From Octopus sinensis (lineage: Eukaryota), in NCBI RefSeq assembly GCF_006345805.1, contig NC_043006.1, positions 73,222,001-73,286,000 on the forward strand: DNA of 64,000 nucleotides, read 5' to 3'. A program made the position numbers and the translations under genes. Of this stretch, positions 1-51,137 are shown one piece after another; the first letter of the stretch is position 1, and each line of letters opens with the position of its first letter. The notes beneath the pieces were generated by a model. It had not been told where the DNA came from and searched no databases. It saw nothing but the letters and a program-made list of their open reading frames with translations.

Positions 1-391
1 AGTGGGACTGAACCTGGAACCATGTGGTTCATAAGCCAACTACTTACCACACAGCCACTCCTATGCCTACTCTAAGTAAAATAGGAAACAGAGTAGAAAA
101 TGGTTGAGAATCACTGCTCTATACAATACTTTGATGGATTTTATCTCTGATTGTCATCAGGTTGTGTATAGGCTGTGATTCGTAGAGAATAGTGCTACAA
201 CCATTAGTGTTAGCTGAAGATCAAACTTATAATGCTGTAGTGTAAATGTAAATATGAGAACATTTTTCATGTCTAAAAATGAAGCTAATTGTTTGAAAAA
301 AAATGATGATTTTATTATCAATAACTTTTCTTAGACATTTAATAATATCTTTGAATAGTAATATTTGAAGAAAATAAATTCTATATTCAAA

Positions 392-913
392 CATGTGCTA
401 CTCAAAGTGGTGGTCCGCAGACTGGTGCCAGTCCATGAGCCATCAGCTGCTGGTACACGGTGAGTTTCCAGAAAAGAAAGAAACATTATAAAATGCTTAT
501 GTAATATTGTATTATTTGTAAGACAGCTAGCTGGCAGAAACATTAGCACGCTGGGTGAAATGCTTAGTGGTATTTTGTCTGTCTTTATGTTCTGAGTTCA
601 AATTCTGCCATGGTCAACTTTACCTTTCATCCTTTCGGGGTTGATAAATTAAGTACCAGTTGTGTACTGGGGGTCAATCCAATTGACTGGCCCCTCTCCA
701 AAAATGTTGGGCCATGTACCTAGAGTAGAAAAGAATATTGTTTTATTTGTTTACAAAAATAAATATAAGATGAAAAATATTGTCAACTTTTATTATCTTC
801 ATTGTATATACTATTTCCGGTATAAATTAATATTACTAAGAAAAATTACCAGTCCCTGGCACATTGGAAAAAAAATTGCTGGTACGCCACATCAGATAGT
901 TTGAGAAGCACTG
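392..913. mobile_element. hAT (Charlie-type) MITE interrupted by a SINE
   Basis: Left end CA(t)GTGCTACTCAAA and right end TTTGAGAAGCACTG form imperfect CAGTG-type TIRs; no clean 8-bp TSD. Confidence 0.55.
520..733 (+). mobile_element. tRNA-headed SINE, family N (core cctttcatcctttcggggtcgataaa...aagtacca)
   Basis: 17-bp TSD with one mismatch (503-519 and 734-750). More than 10 related copies in the window, e.g. ~11690-11870 (-), ~36504-36720, 43527-43759 (-), ~46995-47410, ~57038-57430, ~61828-62030. Confidence 0.85.
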
Positions 914-1039
914 CCTTAGCTGACAGTTATTACAAGGGGGATAATCATTTCATAATATTAGAAATTTAAATTTGAAAAGGAATTATCAGGGGAAAATGTA
1001 TAGAACACACATATCCACATAATTAATTTTTTTGTTTCT

Positions 1040-1403
1040 ATCTATCTATCTTCCTTCATTCCTCCCTTCCTTCCTCCGTCGTTCCTCCCTTCCTTCCTTC
1101 CTTCCTTCCTTTCTTTCTTTCTTTCTTCCTTTCTTTCTTCCTTCATTCCTCCCTTCCTTCTTTCTTTCTTTCTTTCTTTCTTTCTTCATTCCTCCCTTCC
1201 TTCCTTTCTTTCTTTCTTCCTTCCCCCCTTCCTTTCTTTCTTTCTTCCCCCTTCCTTCTTTCTTTTTTCTTTCTTTCTTCCTTTCTTCCTTTCTTCCTTT
1301 CTTTCTTTCTTTCTTTCTTTCTTCATTCCTCCCTCCCCTTTCTTTCTTTCTTTCTTTCTTCCTTCATTCCTTCCTTCTTTCCTTCCTTCCTTTCTTTCTT
1401 TCT
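1040..1403. repeat. Polypyrimidine (CTTT/CCTT)n compound microsatellite
   Basis: Read directly from the sequence; a similar tract lies at ~56528-56804. Confidence 0.95.
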
Positions 1404-1712
1404 TTGTGTGATATGTATGTAATGAAGGAAGATGGTTTGATGATTGTATTAAATACTCATTACATGATGCATGGAAAAGCCCGTAGCCAATAACTCTTGT
1501 AAACAGATAGATGATAGCATCACATGATTAAATTCTACCAGTCTAGTATTGAAGTGCTTTCGTTTCTTACATATGTTGCATTATATCTGTTTACATACAT
1601 ACATGCAGAGCACACATACATATGCACATAAATATGCCCACACACATAAAAGTATGTGTGTGTGTGTATGTGTTGCTGTTATTTTAATTAACATTTGTTA
1701 ATTTCATTTTAG

Positions 1713-40103
<38,391 letters not shown>

Positions 40104-40108
<5 letters not shown>

Positions 40109-40119
40109 ACCCTGTGAGT
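40104..40119 (+). promoter_or_regulatory. AATAAA overlapping the stop codon (40104-40109), followed by a candidate 5' splice site GTGAGT (40114-40119)
   Basis: Sequence reads ggAAATAAAccct|GTGAGTgg. Confidence 0.6.
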
Positions 40120-41250
40120 GGCTATCAATATATTTATCTAATTGATTTGTTTAATTGATTTGGATTTTAACATTTCAGTAGTTAGTTATGTCCCTCTTAG
40201 TTCATTTTATCCGTTTACTTGTTTCAGTCATTGGACCGTGGCCACGCTGGGGCACCACTTTGAGAGTTTTAGTCAGTACTTATTATTTTAGCTTGTTGCG
40301 TATTCTGTCGGTCTCTTTTGTCAAATCGCTAAGTTACAGGGGACATATACCAATCGGCATCACTTAACAAGCATTGAGTGGTGAAGGGGAAAAATGCACA
40401 CACACACGTGCACACACACACACGTGCACACACACACGCACACACACACACGCACACACACATATGTAGACACACATGACGGGCTTCCTCACAGTTTCCA
40501 TCCACCAAATTCACTCACAAGTTATTGCTCTGCCTGTTGCAGTAGCAGAGGGCACTTACCCAAAGTACTGTGGAGTGGGGCTGAACCTGAAACCACATGG
40601 TTTGTATACAAGAGTACAAATTTCTTTATTTCTTTATTGCCCACTTGGGTTAAATCTAGAGAGGACGAACAAAGACAGACAAAGGGAATAAGTTGATTAC
40701 ATCGATCCCAGTGCATAACTGGTACTTATTTAATCGACCTCAGGACTTAGCGATGGTGGGCGGGGGGGGGAGACAAACACAGACATATACATACATACAT
40801 ACATGCATACACACATATATATATATATACTCTTTTACTTGTTTCAGTCATTTGACTGCAGCCATGCTGGAGCACTGCCTTTAGTCGAAGAAATCAACCC
40901 CAGGACTTATTCTTTGTGAGCCTAGTATTTGTTTTATGGTCTCTTTTGCTGAACCGCTATGTTACAGGGACGTAAACACACCAGCATTGGTTGTCAAGCA
41001 ATGTTGGGGGACAAACATAGACACACAAACATATACAAACATGCATCATCGTTTAACGTTCACTTTCCATGCTAGCATGAGTTGGACGATTTGATTGAGG
41101 ACTGGTGAACCAGATGGCTGCACCAGGCTCCAATCTGATCTGGCAGAGTTTCTACAGCTGGATGCCCTTCCTAACACCAACCACTCTGAGTGTGTAGTGG
41201 GTACTTTTACGTACCACTGGCACGAGGGCCAGTCAGGCGGTACTGGCAAG

Positions 41251-41301
<51 letters not shown>

Positions 41302-42038
41302 ACGGGCTTCTTTCAGTTTCTGTCTGCCCACTCACAAGGCTTTGGTTGGCCCGAGGCTATAGTAGAAGGCACTTGCCCAAGGTGCCATGCAGTGGGACTG
41401 AACCTAGAACCATGTGGTTGATTAGCAAGCTTCTTACCACACAGCCACACCTGTGCCTAATATAACAATTCTAAAATAATACCATCATCATCATCATCAT
41501 CATCATAACTTCCTCTTTTTTTATGCTTGCATGGGTTGGATGGGATTTAGGTGAGGTGCGTTTTATACAGCAGGATTCTCTTCCTGTCACTTGTCTCCAA
41601 GTAAGGTAATATTTCCCCAAGGCCAGACACGATTTTCTTTTTTTAACAGAAGACTGGAAACAACAGACACTGCTTGTATGCTGGTGATGCTTGTTTACGA
41701 CCGTCATGCAATATCAAGGCAAGGAGACAGTAACACACACACACACCACACATATTGATCCATTCACCCTCCTATCCATCTACCACCCACAAATTTATTC
41801 TCAAGACTTATGATCACTCGAGGCTACAGTAGAATATACTTGCTCATTGTGTCATACAATAGGACTGAGCCCAGAACCATGTGACTAGGAACCAAACTTC
41901 TAACCACATTGCCACACCTGTGCCTGGAATAATATATTTGTGTGTTCTTTTGTATTAAACAATGTTATGTTCTAAATTGTTATTGCATAATTAATCAATT
42001 AAAAAAAGTGAATTTCTTTTTGTTTCTTTTTTTTCCAG

Positions 42039-42390
42039 AAACCTGATTCCATTGCCCTCAGTATCTTCATTTAACTTAGAAATTAATTTATAGGTCTTTA
42101 CATCAACAGAATAATTAATAGATCTTTACATCAAATTTAAAAATTGATGTAATGATCATGCTACTGTTACAGTGTTACCAGAATGTACTATATATATATT
42201 AAAGCAGTTCTAATGGAGCAGTTTCTCAGAGTATGTACATGTATATATCCATATATATATATGTATGTATGTATATATATATACATATATATATATAATG
42301 TATGTATGCAAAACTAAACTATGTTTCCCACACAAAATAATTGCAGCTGTGAATTTTGTCCTTCAATAAAGTTGTTTGCTCTCCTTTTGG
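42039..42390 (+). other. GPI: Candidate non-coding terminal (3'-UTR) exon of GPI
   Basis: A 24-nt pyrimidine tract (42013-42036) plus AG at 42037-42038; AATAAA at 42365-42370; GU/U-rich tract at ~42408-42432. The end coordinate is approximate. Confidence 0.6.
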
Positions 42391-43526
42391 GATGTATGGA
42401 TCTCTATTTTCATTTGTTGTTGTTGTTATTTAGTTCATGTGGGTGATGAGCCTAGCTGATCCAGAATCAAATGTATTCTGGCAAGGACCAAGGACCATCC
42501 TACCAATTTTTTACTTTTTTCAAATGTATTTTCTTTAACTACTCCAGCAAAGGTGCGTCGGGCAGCTTTCAGGACCCTTTATTTCTTCAGGGCCTCAAAA
42601 GTGGTTGGAGGAAGGAAGGAAGTTATCATCGAATCAAAGATATGGCTAAAATACTTGCAACAGCTTAAGACTTTTCTAATTCCTAGATTTCACTGTTTGA
42701 TGTAGTTGAAGTGACACAGTCATCACCTCATGAATTTTGTTGGTGGCAAAAGTAAAATTTTAAAAAAGTAGCCTGAAGCAGGAACTATTAACAATATCTA
42801 AAGACCAGATGTAATTGGCTTTTCCACCTCCTGAACTTGCTGGCCTTGTGCCAAAATTTGAAATTTGAAATTATTGCTGTTGTTGTTGTTTCTGGATTGT
42901 GTGCCATGCAGTTTTGTTACTCCATAAACTGAAGAAGATTTAGTAGTTTCCTGTCAAGACAAAGCTCCAGTCTTTCATTGGCTTCTTGGAGGACTTCATC
43001 TCATCTAATTTTGGCACAAGGCCTGCAAATTTGAGGGTATTTGTCAATTACATTGACCCCAGTGTTTAACTGGTTCCTATTTTATTGGCACTCAGAGAGT
43101 CCAACTTATTGGAGGTTGAGAAGAGTGTAGAACCACTTTGTCCCCATTTGAGAGTGAGGAATTCATCTTTATTCCTTTTTACATCCTAAACGATGTATGG
43201 ATGAGTAGAGAATGTGATGGCAATGAATGTGTCCCTAGAAAAAGATATCTGGTAACTAGTGATAGTTGTTTTGTTTGTGTGAGTAGCAGACAGGAAATGC
43301 CAGAATATTGGAAATTCATAAGTGACGCCAGAAATAGGCATGGAACTCTTGATTGAAGCAGAACAGGAGAAACGTGATTGTATCCTCGACCTGATCAATC
43401 TGTCAAGTGGCTATGGTGGAGGAGGGGAGAAGGCCAAGGCGAGTAAAATCGAAATCAAATTCGCTAACATGGCTGATGACAGCACCGCCTGACTGGCATC
43501 CATGCTAGTGGAACATTAAGAGCACC

Positions 43527-43759
43527 TATTTCTTTATTACCCACAAGGGGCTAAACACAGAGAGGACAAACAAGGACAGACATAGGTATTAAGTCGATTA
43601 CATCGACCCCAGTGCGTAACTGGTACTTAATTTATCGACCCCGAAAAGATGAAAGGCAAAGTCGACCTCGGCGGAATTTGAACTCACAACGTAACGCAGA
43701 CGAAATACCGCTAAGCATTTCGCCCGGCGTGCTAACGTTTCTGCCAGCTCATCGCCTTA
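43527..43759 (-). mobile_element. Young family N SINE with a perfect 15-bp TSD
   Basis: AACATTAAGAGCACC at 43512-43526 and 43760-43774; CpGs retained. Confidence 0.92.
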
Positions 43760-44216
43760 AACATTAAGAGCACCGTCTGAGCGTGATCGTTGCCAGGGCT
43801 GCTGACTGGCTCCCATGCTTGTGGCATGTAAAAAGCACCATTCGAGCAAGCGTGATCGTTACCAGCGTTGCCTTAGAGAGTTACAATAATTTTACTTAGT
43901 TTTCCAATTACAGGCGTGGTTGTGTGGTCAGAAGCTTGCTTCTCAATCATATTGTTCCTGGTTCATTTCCACTCTGTGTCAACTTGTCCAAGTGTCTCAG
44001 GTTGACCAAAGAATTGTGAGTGGATTTAGTTAACAGAAAAGGAAAGAAGCTCATTATACATATATGTATGTGTGTGTGTGTGTGTGTGTGTGGTAAATAG
44101 CTTGCTTACCAACCACATGGTCCCAGGTTCAGTCCCACTACGTGGCACCTTGGGTAAGTATCTTCTACTATAGCCTCGAGCTGACCAAAGCCTTGTGAGT
44201 GGATTTGGCACTGTGG

Positions 44217-44253
<37 letters not shown>

Positions 44254-44447
44254 GTCCCCCAATATTGCTTGACAACCGATGTTGTGTTTACGTGTCCATA
44301 AATTAGCGGTTCGGCAAAGTTATCGATAGAATAAGTACCAGGCTTACAAAGAATAAGTCCTGGGGTCGATTTGCTTGACTAAAGACGGTGCTCCATCATG
44401 GCCGCAGTCAAATGACTGAAACAAGTAAAAGAATAAAAGAATATATA

Positions 44448-45727
44448 CAGGGTGCAATGAATAAATTGTCGTCTAAATTACATAAAAATGAAAATAACAC
44501 TGATATGTCATTTTAACATATTTTAAATTTACCAAAATTACATAAAAATATCTTGAATTACTAGAGTAAATCTATTCAATAAAATCGCCATTGGCTTCAA
44601 CCAGACGACTTCGGAATCTACTGCAACTCTTCTGGACGGTATCCTTGTTTAAGTTGGTGGATGCTGTCATAATCCTTGCCTTTAGTTCATCTTTGGTATT
44701 ACAAGGAGTTTTGTTGGTCTCTCGCTCAACTGCACCACACCCTATAATCAAGGGGGTTGCAGTCTGGGGAGTTAGGTGGCCAGATGTTAGGGATAATGTG
44801 GTCGCAGAAATTGTCTGACAGCCATGACTGGGTTTTCTTTCCTGTGTGGCAAGGTGCAGAGACCTTGCCAGACATAGGGTCTTCCAGTAGCCACTCTTTT
44901 GACACAGGGCATCACTATCTCCTTCTGGCACTTGATATAGGCCTCCTTGAGACTGAGGCCATGTGGGGAGATGATTGGAGGCATAATGTCACTATCACTA
45001 GTGATCACTCCAAATATCATGATGTTAACTGGATGCTTGGTTTTTATCACTCTTGGTACTTGTTTTGGGGACACGGCAAGCCAGCGGTTGTTCTGTGTGC
45101 TCACCATCTGATCCTGGCAGAAATTTTTCTCGTCTGAGAAAAACCAAAGCATGTTCGGTTGGAGGTGATGCTTAATTTTGTTTAAAAGCTTTGTAGCGCG
45201 GTCTTCCCTTTTGTCCTTGATGGCCTGGGATAAAAAATGTCCCTTTCTAATTTTGTATGAGGGATACCGAATATCTTCATGTACTGATAAGAAACTTAGA
45301 CACTTCCATGTCCCTGGTGATGGTCATGATTGATTTGGAGGGATCGTTGTCAATCATGGCCTGGATCTCACCAGCAAATTCAGGAGTTCTTTTCTTATCG
45401 GAACGATCATAGTGAGTTTTCCGAGCTGCCGTACTTTCGTAATCATCATTAGGCTCATTCAACTCCTTCCGAATCCTCTGCACTGTCCTCAGATTGACAC
45501 CCAAACCCTCTGAAATGTTCATACTGGAGCTGCCGGCGTGAATGCCAAACAGTATAGCATGTCGTTTCCAAATTTCTGGGCGAGTGAATTGTGTCATGGT
45601 GCTGTTTTTCTCACAGACGGTGTCCAACTGCCCCTACTATACTGTGCAGTCGACAAAATTAAAAACAAACAATGCGCATGCGCGAAATTAAAAATATAAA
45701 ATGGGACAATTTACCCATTGCACCCTG
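44448..45727 (-). mobile_element. Near full-length, inactivated maT (DD37D-like) Tc1/mariner transposon, 1280 bp
   Basis: 23-bp TIR CAGGGTGCAATGAATAAATTGTC (2 mismatches) with TA flanks. The minus strand carries an HTH region (45277-45627), FSDEK, and after frameshifts xSAPCH...WPPNSPDCNPLDY, with 37 residues between the expected second Asp position (here Val) and the third Asp. Confidence 0.88.
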
Positions 45728-45735
45728 TATACATA

Positions 45736-46214
45736 CAGGGTGACTGAACAGTAACTCCCTATTTTAAAATACTTATAAATCATTTATTAATTGTGATTTT
45801 TTCCTCAAATTTTTTTCCGTTTGTTTTTGTTAGCATGAGAACTTAATCTGTAATCATATTGCTGTCGTCGTTCATGAGTGGCTGAATGCCCACTTCCCCG
45901 GGCGCTGGATGGATTATCGTGATTCGCATGAGTGGCCAACCAAGAGTCTCTTTTTGGGGTTGCTTAAAGGAACAAGTCTCCTGTACCAAACCAAAGGGTG
46001 AATACGAGAAGCTATATGCCATCCATCCCACCAGAGTTCCTGGGGAAATCAGTTCATGCAATTCCGGGGCGTCTCAAGAACCTGGTGGCAACATTTGGAG
46101 CCCATATCGAATTTTAAATAAAGCCTCCTAATAAAAGCCTTCCTCTCATATTGATATTTTTTTGTAAAAATTACAATTAATAAATGATTTATAAGCATTT
46201 TAAAATAGGGAGTT
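45736..46214 (+). mobile_element. Deleted rosa-like (DD41D-type) Tc1/mariner relic with a truncated right end
   Basis: Starts TA-CAGGGTG; 49-bp inverted repeat 45753-45801 / 46166-46214 (2 mismatches). Remnant peptide VHEWLNAHFPGRWMDYRDSHEWPTKS..FWGCLKEQV resembles rosa-type C-termini with SPDLTPxD deleted. Confidence 0.7.
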
Positions 46215-48944
46215 TCCTTATATATATATTACGTCATATGTAAACAAACAAGTTTGTTTTGAAGCGTTGAAATGTATTGTAGAACAAGTAGAAGGACATT
46301 TTTTTCAACGCGTAAACACTGATAGAACGTCAAATTCTTCTGTGTGTGTGTGTATATATGTATATACATATATACATATATATATATCACCGTGGTCACA
46401 ATGCGCTTCGCATTATTTTAGCTTTCGAATGACGCCACCCCGCTGGCTAAGCGAGCAGGTCAACAGAAGAAAGATTGAGAGAAAGTTGTGGCGAAAGAGT
46501 ACAGCAGGGATCGCCACCACCGGAGCCTCGTAGAGCTTTAGGTGTTTCCGCTCAATAAACACTTACAACGCCCAGTCTGGGAATCGAAACCGCGATCCTA
46601 CAACCGCGAGTCCGCTGCCCTAACCACTGGGCCATTGCGCCTCTCTATATATATATTTATATATATATATATATATATGTGTGTGTTTGTACTTATCCCC
46701 CCACCGCTGTCACAGTCAATGTTGATCTGTTTATGTCCTCGTTAACTAGTAGTTCGGCAATCGAGACCGATAGAGTAAGTAGTAGGCTTTAAAAAACGTA
46801 CTGTGGTCGATTTCTTGGACTAAAATTCTTCAAGGCAGTGCCCTCCATGGTCACAGTGCTAAACAAGTGAAAGAGAATTTATTTTGAAAAATATGAAAGT
46901 TATCATTAAGAAATCTTTAAGCTATAAATAATGAACTCGAGATTCAGTTGTTTCTTAGCTTAGTTCTATGTATGTAATATTTGTTAATAGAGAGATAGTT
47001 TGCTGGCAGAATCGTTAGCATGTCGGGTGAAATGCTTAGTGGTATTTTGTCTGCCGTTACGTTCTGAGTTCAAATTCCGCCGAGGTCGACTTTGCCTGTC
47101 ATCCTTTCGGGGTCGATAAATTAAGTACCAGTTACGCACTGGGGTCGAGGTAAAACGACTTAATCCATTTATCTGTCCTTGTTTGTACCCTCTGTGTCTA
47201 GCCCCTTGTGGGCAATAAATAAATAAGAATCGTTAGCATGCCGGGCAAATTGCTTAGCAACATTTCGTCGTCTTTACGTTCTGAGTTCAAATTCCGCCGA
47301 GGTCGACGTTGTCTTTCATCCTTCCGGGGTCCATCAATTAAGTACTTCTTGAACACTGGGGTCGATGTAATTGACTTACCCTTCCCACGAAATTTCTGGC
47401 CTTCCCACGAAATTTGAAGCCAGCATTTGTTAATAGAAAGGGTAAATATAAAATCCTGATACATGTAGAGCGGGTGGGGAAGAAAACCTAAGTCAAATAA
47501 CAGGTTCTTAGAAAGTTGAAATGTTTAAATTATTAGTTTCGTCTAAATACTTCTAACAGTTGTGTGGAATATCTATTTGATGTAAAGTCCATGACGGAAT
47601 GGGCTGTTGGACGTAAGCTATCAGATGTAAACAGAACCGGAATTTGGATGCACGTAAAGTCAAGGCTGATCAAAGACATCTCATAACTCAAAGAAGACCT
47701 AATAAAGGATCAAGACTGCCTTTTGAATTGGCTTTCTGCTGCTTTCTTTTCCTTCTTCTTATAATTCGAACTCAACATTTTCCGAATTATACACTGTGTT
47801 CAAATTATATGAAGAAGGAAAAGAAGTTAATATACACTTAGTAATTTCTGTGTTTCTGTACCTGAATCTTATCTTCTTGTGATTTATGTTTAAGGCGGCG
47901 AGCTGGCAGAATCGTTAACACTTCGGATAAAATAATTAGAGGCATTACTTCTGGCTCTTTACGTTCTGCGTTCGAATTTCACCGCGGTCAACTTTGCATT
48001 TCATCCTTTCCGGCTTCGATAAAATAAAGTAACAGTCAAATATGTGGGAGTCGATGTAATTCACTTGTCTTGCCCTCTCTTCTCAGAATTGCTGGTCTTG
48101 ATGTCTGCTACGGAATGGCGTCTCGTGCAGGAGAATATTGTGATCTCGATTGCTCATACGCCATGGAAAATAGGTAACTTTATGAGTTCTAAGGATCAAA
48201 GAAAAAGAAAACAAAATAGAATACGTTTACTGTTAATTTCACTGAATCGTTAAAAGAAAAGGGTTCTGGTTTTGTTCACTCACACGTTTGAAGTAATGAA
48301 ATACAAGCCGCTAACCGTTTTGCTAATAAGTCGTTCAATTTAATCTCGCATTGGCGACACATTTCAATGAAAAGCAAACTTAATTTATTCAATCTTGTTC
48401 AGTATTTGTCTGATATTTTCATCAATTCCCGGAAATATAAAAGTAAAATTAATCCGAAAGTGATTTGAACTCGATAGATATAAATATTGCAACTAATCTC
48501 CCTTGGACCTGACATCTGCTGCTCTTTTGTTTCATAAATATTAACAACAAAAAAGAAATCCGTGAAAAACCGACAGTAAAATACTTGTACAAAGTTATAC
48601 GAAATCTTATATAAGTTGATAAAAAATTATACGTTGATAATATATGCTATAGCTTTGTAGTGACGTATGAAAAACAAACATACTATATTCAGGAAGAAAC
48701 TAGTGTGCGAGAAATATTCGGGAAAAAAACACCCAACATTGACTGCAAATACGTTCAGAAATGAAGAAAAGATATTTTCGTAGTAAGATTCTCAATACCC
48801 TAACAGCTATGATCAATGTTTATGCAAATTGTATTGGCAAAAGGCCTCCTACAGCTGTAATGAAATATTATCTGCTTGGTCTGCAATTTGAATTTTTATA
48901 GTCGGCTTGTAGTTTGTCAGAGTGACTGGTGATCAATTATGTTC

Positions 48945-49040
48945 CGCAAGAAAAGAGATAATATTGGCATGGTCATATAGTAAGAAGGAGAAAGGGGAAA
49001 AAAGGAAGATGACAGCTGGATGAAAAATAAACTGCAGATG
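48945..49040 (+). mobile_element. Degenerate RTE-like LINE C-terminal remnant
   Basis: QEKR*YWHGHIVRR...EDDSWMK resembles the RLRWxGHVxR..EDSWxK motif. Confidence 0.4.
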
Positions 49041-50329
49041 TAGTAAGCTAAGGATTTCTTGGATCCTTTGCAAGGAAATATGACTTTGAGCAAAATAAAC
49101 GATAAGCATAAATAGTGAAACATACTTCTGCAGAATATGTATCCGAGCCATACTAGTTTATTAAAACTAAGTCTGTGGCTAGCGATAATTTTATTTTTCC
49201 AGAAAATGCCTTGAGCACATAATAACTGAATTACTGTAACTGTTTTAAAGTATTAACAAATCGCCTCACACTTGGTAAGGCATGTATGATAAAAAATAAG
49301 ATGCAAATGTACAGTCCAGAATCTGAAGGAACTGGTAACGATCATTTGGCAAGTTTATGGAAGAGCTAGAATAAAGCGACGAGCCGGAAGAATCGTTAGC
49401 ACGTCGGACAAAATGCTTAGTGGCATGTCTTCTGGTTTATGTTCTGAGTTCATTTTGATATTTGCCATTAATCTCTTCGGGGGTCGATAAAATAAAGTAT
49501 CAGTCAAGTTCTGGGGTCGGTGTAATCAGCTTGGCAACGGACCGGCGTCCCGTTCAAGGGAATCCTTACATATAAGCCATGAGAAACTGAGTAACCAGCC
49601 TTATGATTTCTAGGGCTCAAGCAAAAACAAAAAAAAAAGTTCAGTTACCATACGGGGCAAAGAAGTTCCTGGTCCTTACTTTTTGTTTCAGAGAGAGGTA
49701 GAGATAAAAAGCGGTGTCATTGCTTGGTGTTGTAGGTGAGGTCAGCGCTATAAACGAGGGAAAGTAAGGGATCGCCGAGAACACTAATACTTGAGGGTGC
49801 TGAATGAATTCTGGACAACTTACAGAAAATTTCGTTGTCTAAATACATGAAATTTCAACAAGAAAAGGAGTACGAGCGGTCACTCCCGGAATAGGGAAGG
49901 ATGGAGGGTAAAGTTGGCGTGATTTAGTGCGAAACAATACAAAATCTTAATCAGGTAATATATTTACTCGGCGATATTCATGATAATAAAACTATAGATT
50001 CCATGTGCGCAAATTAATTGAAAATTTTCAACTGTGTTTTTTTTTATACAGAGAAGGATGAATGAAAGAATTTGTTGGAAAATTGTTGAATGGGGGTGCA
50101 TACTCCAAAGTTTGGAGAAAAGAGCGCACAGTGTAGGGCAGGGATAAGGGAGCAGACATCGTAGGGTTGGTAGAAGAGAGCATACATTATAGGACTGGCC
50201 TAGCAGCGCTGAGTAATCTGGCACCGGTCCTTGTTGTTGGCAAGTAAAAACAATTCACTCGTCTATAACCAAAGTAACAAATCCGTTTTCCCTCTTTTTC
50301 TCATTCAAACGAAGTATAAAGGTTCGAAA

Positions 50330-50722
50330 GTGGAGGCGCAATGGCCCAGTGGTTAGGGCAGCGGACTCTCGGTCGTAGGATCGCGGTTTCGATTCCCAGA
50401 CCGGGCGTTGTGAGTGTTTATTGAGCGAAAACACCTAAAAGCTCCACGAGGCTCCGGCAGGGATAGTGGTGATCCCTGCTGTACTCTTTCACCACAACTT
50501 TCTCTCTCACTCTTACTTCCTGTTTCTGTTGTACCTGTATTTCAAAGGGCCGGCCTTGTCACTCTCTATGTCACGCTGAATATCCCCGAGAACTACGTTT
50601 AGGGTACACGTGTCTGTAGAGTGCTCAGCCACTTACACGTTAATTTCACGAGCAGGCTGTTCCGTTGATCTGATCGGATGAACCGGAACCCTCGTCGTCG
50701 TAACCGACGGAGTGCTTCCACC
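50330..50722 (+). mobile_element. Full-length tRNA-derived SINE, head H1 + tail T1
   Basis: 12-bp TSD AAAGGTTCGAAA (50318-50329 and 50723-50734); A/B-box-like head ggcgcaatggcccagtggtt...gtttcgattcc. Confidence 0.92.
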
Positions 50723-50882
50723 AAAGGTTCGAAACGTTAGTTTTTATTCACTACAGTGGGTGAGTACTGCAACAGTAAACAGTGGAAACAACAGCACTGG
50801 GAAAATTGAACTTACCAAACACTTTTACATCTTTTATAAAATAATTGGCTCTTTGTTCTATTTCAGAGAGAATTATATTAAT

Positions 50883-51137
50883 AATCAATTGCAGTGTGGA
50901 AGGTGTTTATAAGCCATTTAAGAAACACACAAAAACCGGTAGATTAATTTCAACATTTAAATCTAATTTGCCAAAATATTTTCGTCACTTCGAGACCGCC
51001 ACCTGTTCATTGACAAAATTCCGTGCTCAAAGCGACGAAAATATTTTGGCAAATTAAACTTAAATGTTGAAGTGAATCTAACGGTTATGGTGCGTTTCTT
51101 AAATGACTTATAAACACCTTCCACGCTGCAATTGATT
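50883..51137. repeat. Palindromic (foldback/MITE-like) element with 112-bp arms and a 31-nt spacer
   Basis: Hand alignment gives 12 mismatches and no indels; the ORF track shows near-identical peptides on both strands. Confidence 0.9.

Noticed and set aside
47585-47690. Peptide GRKLSDVNRTGIWMH resembling a Tc1/Tc3 N-terminus
   Set aside because: Too short, with no TIR or catalytic region nearby.
50330-50405. tRNA-like sequences here and at other SINE heads
   Set aside because: A and B boxes are present but the acceptor and anticodon stems do not close, and each continues into a SINE body with TSDs.
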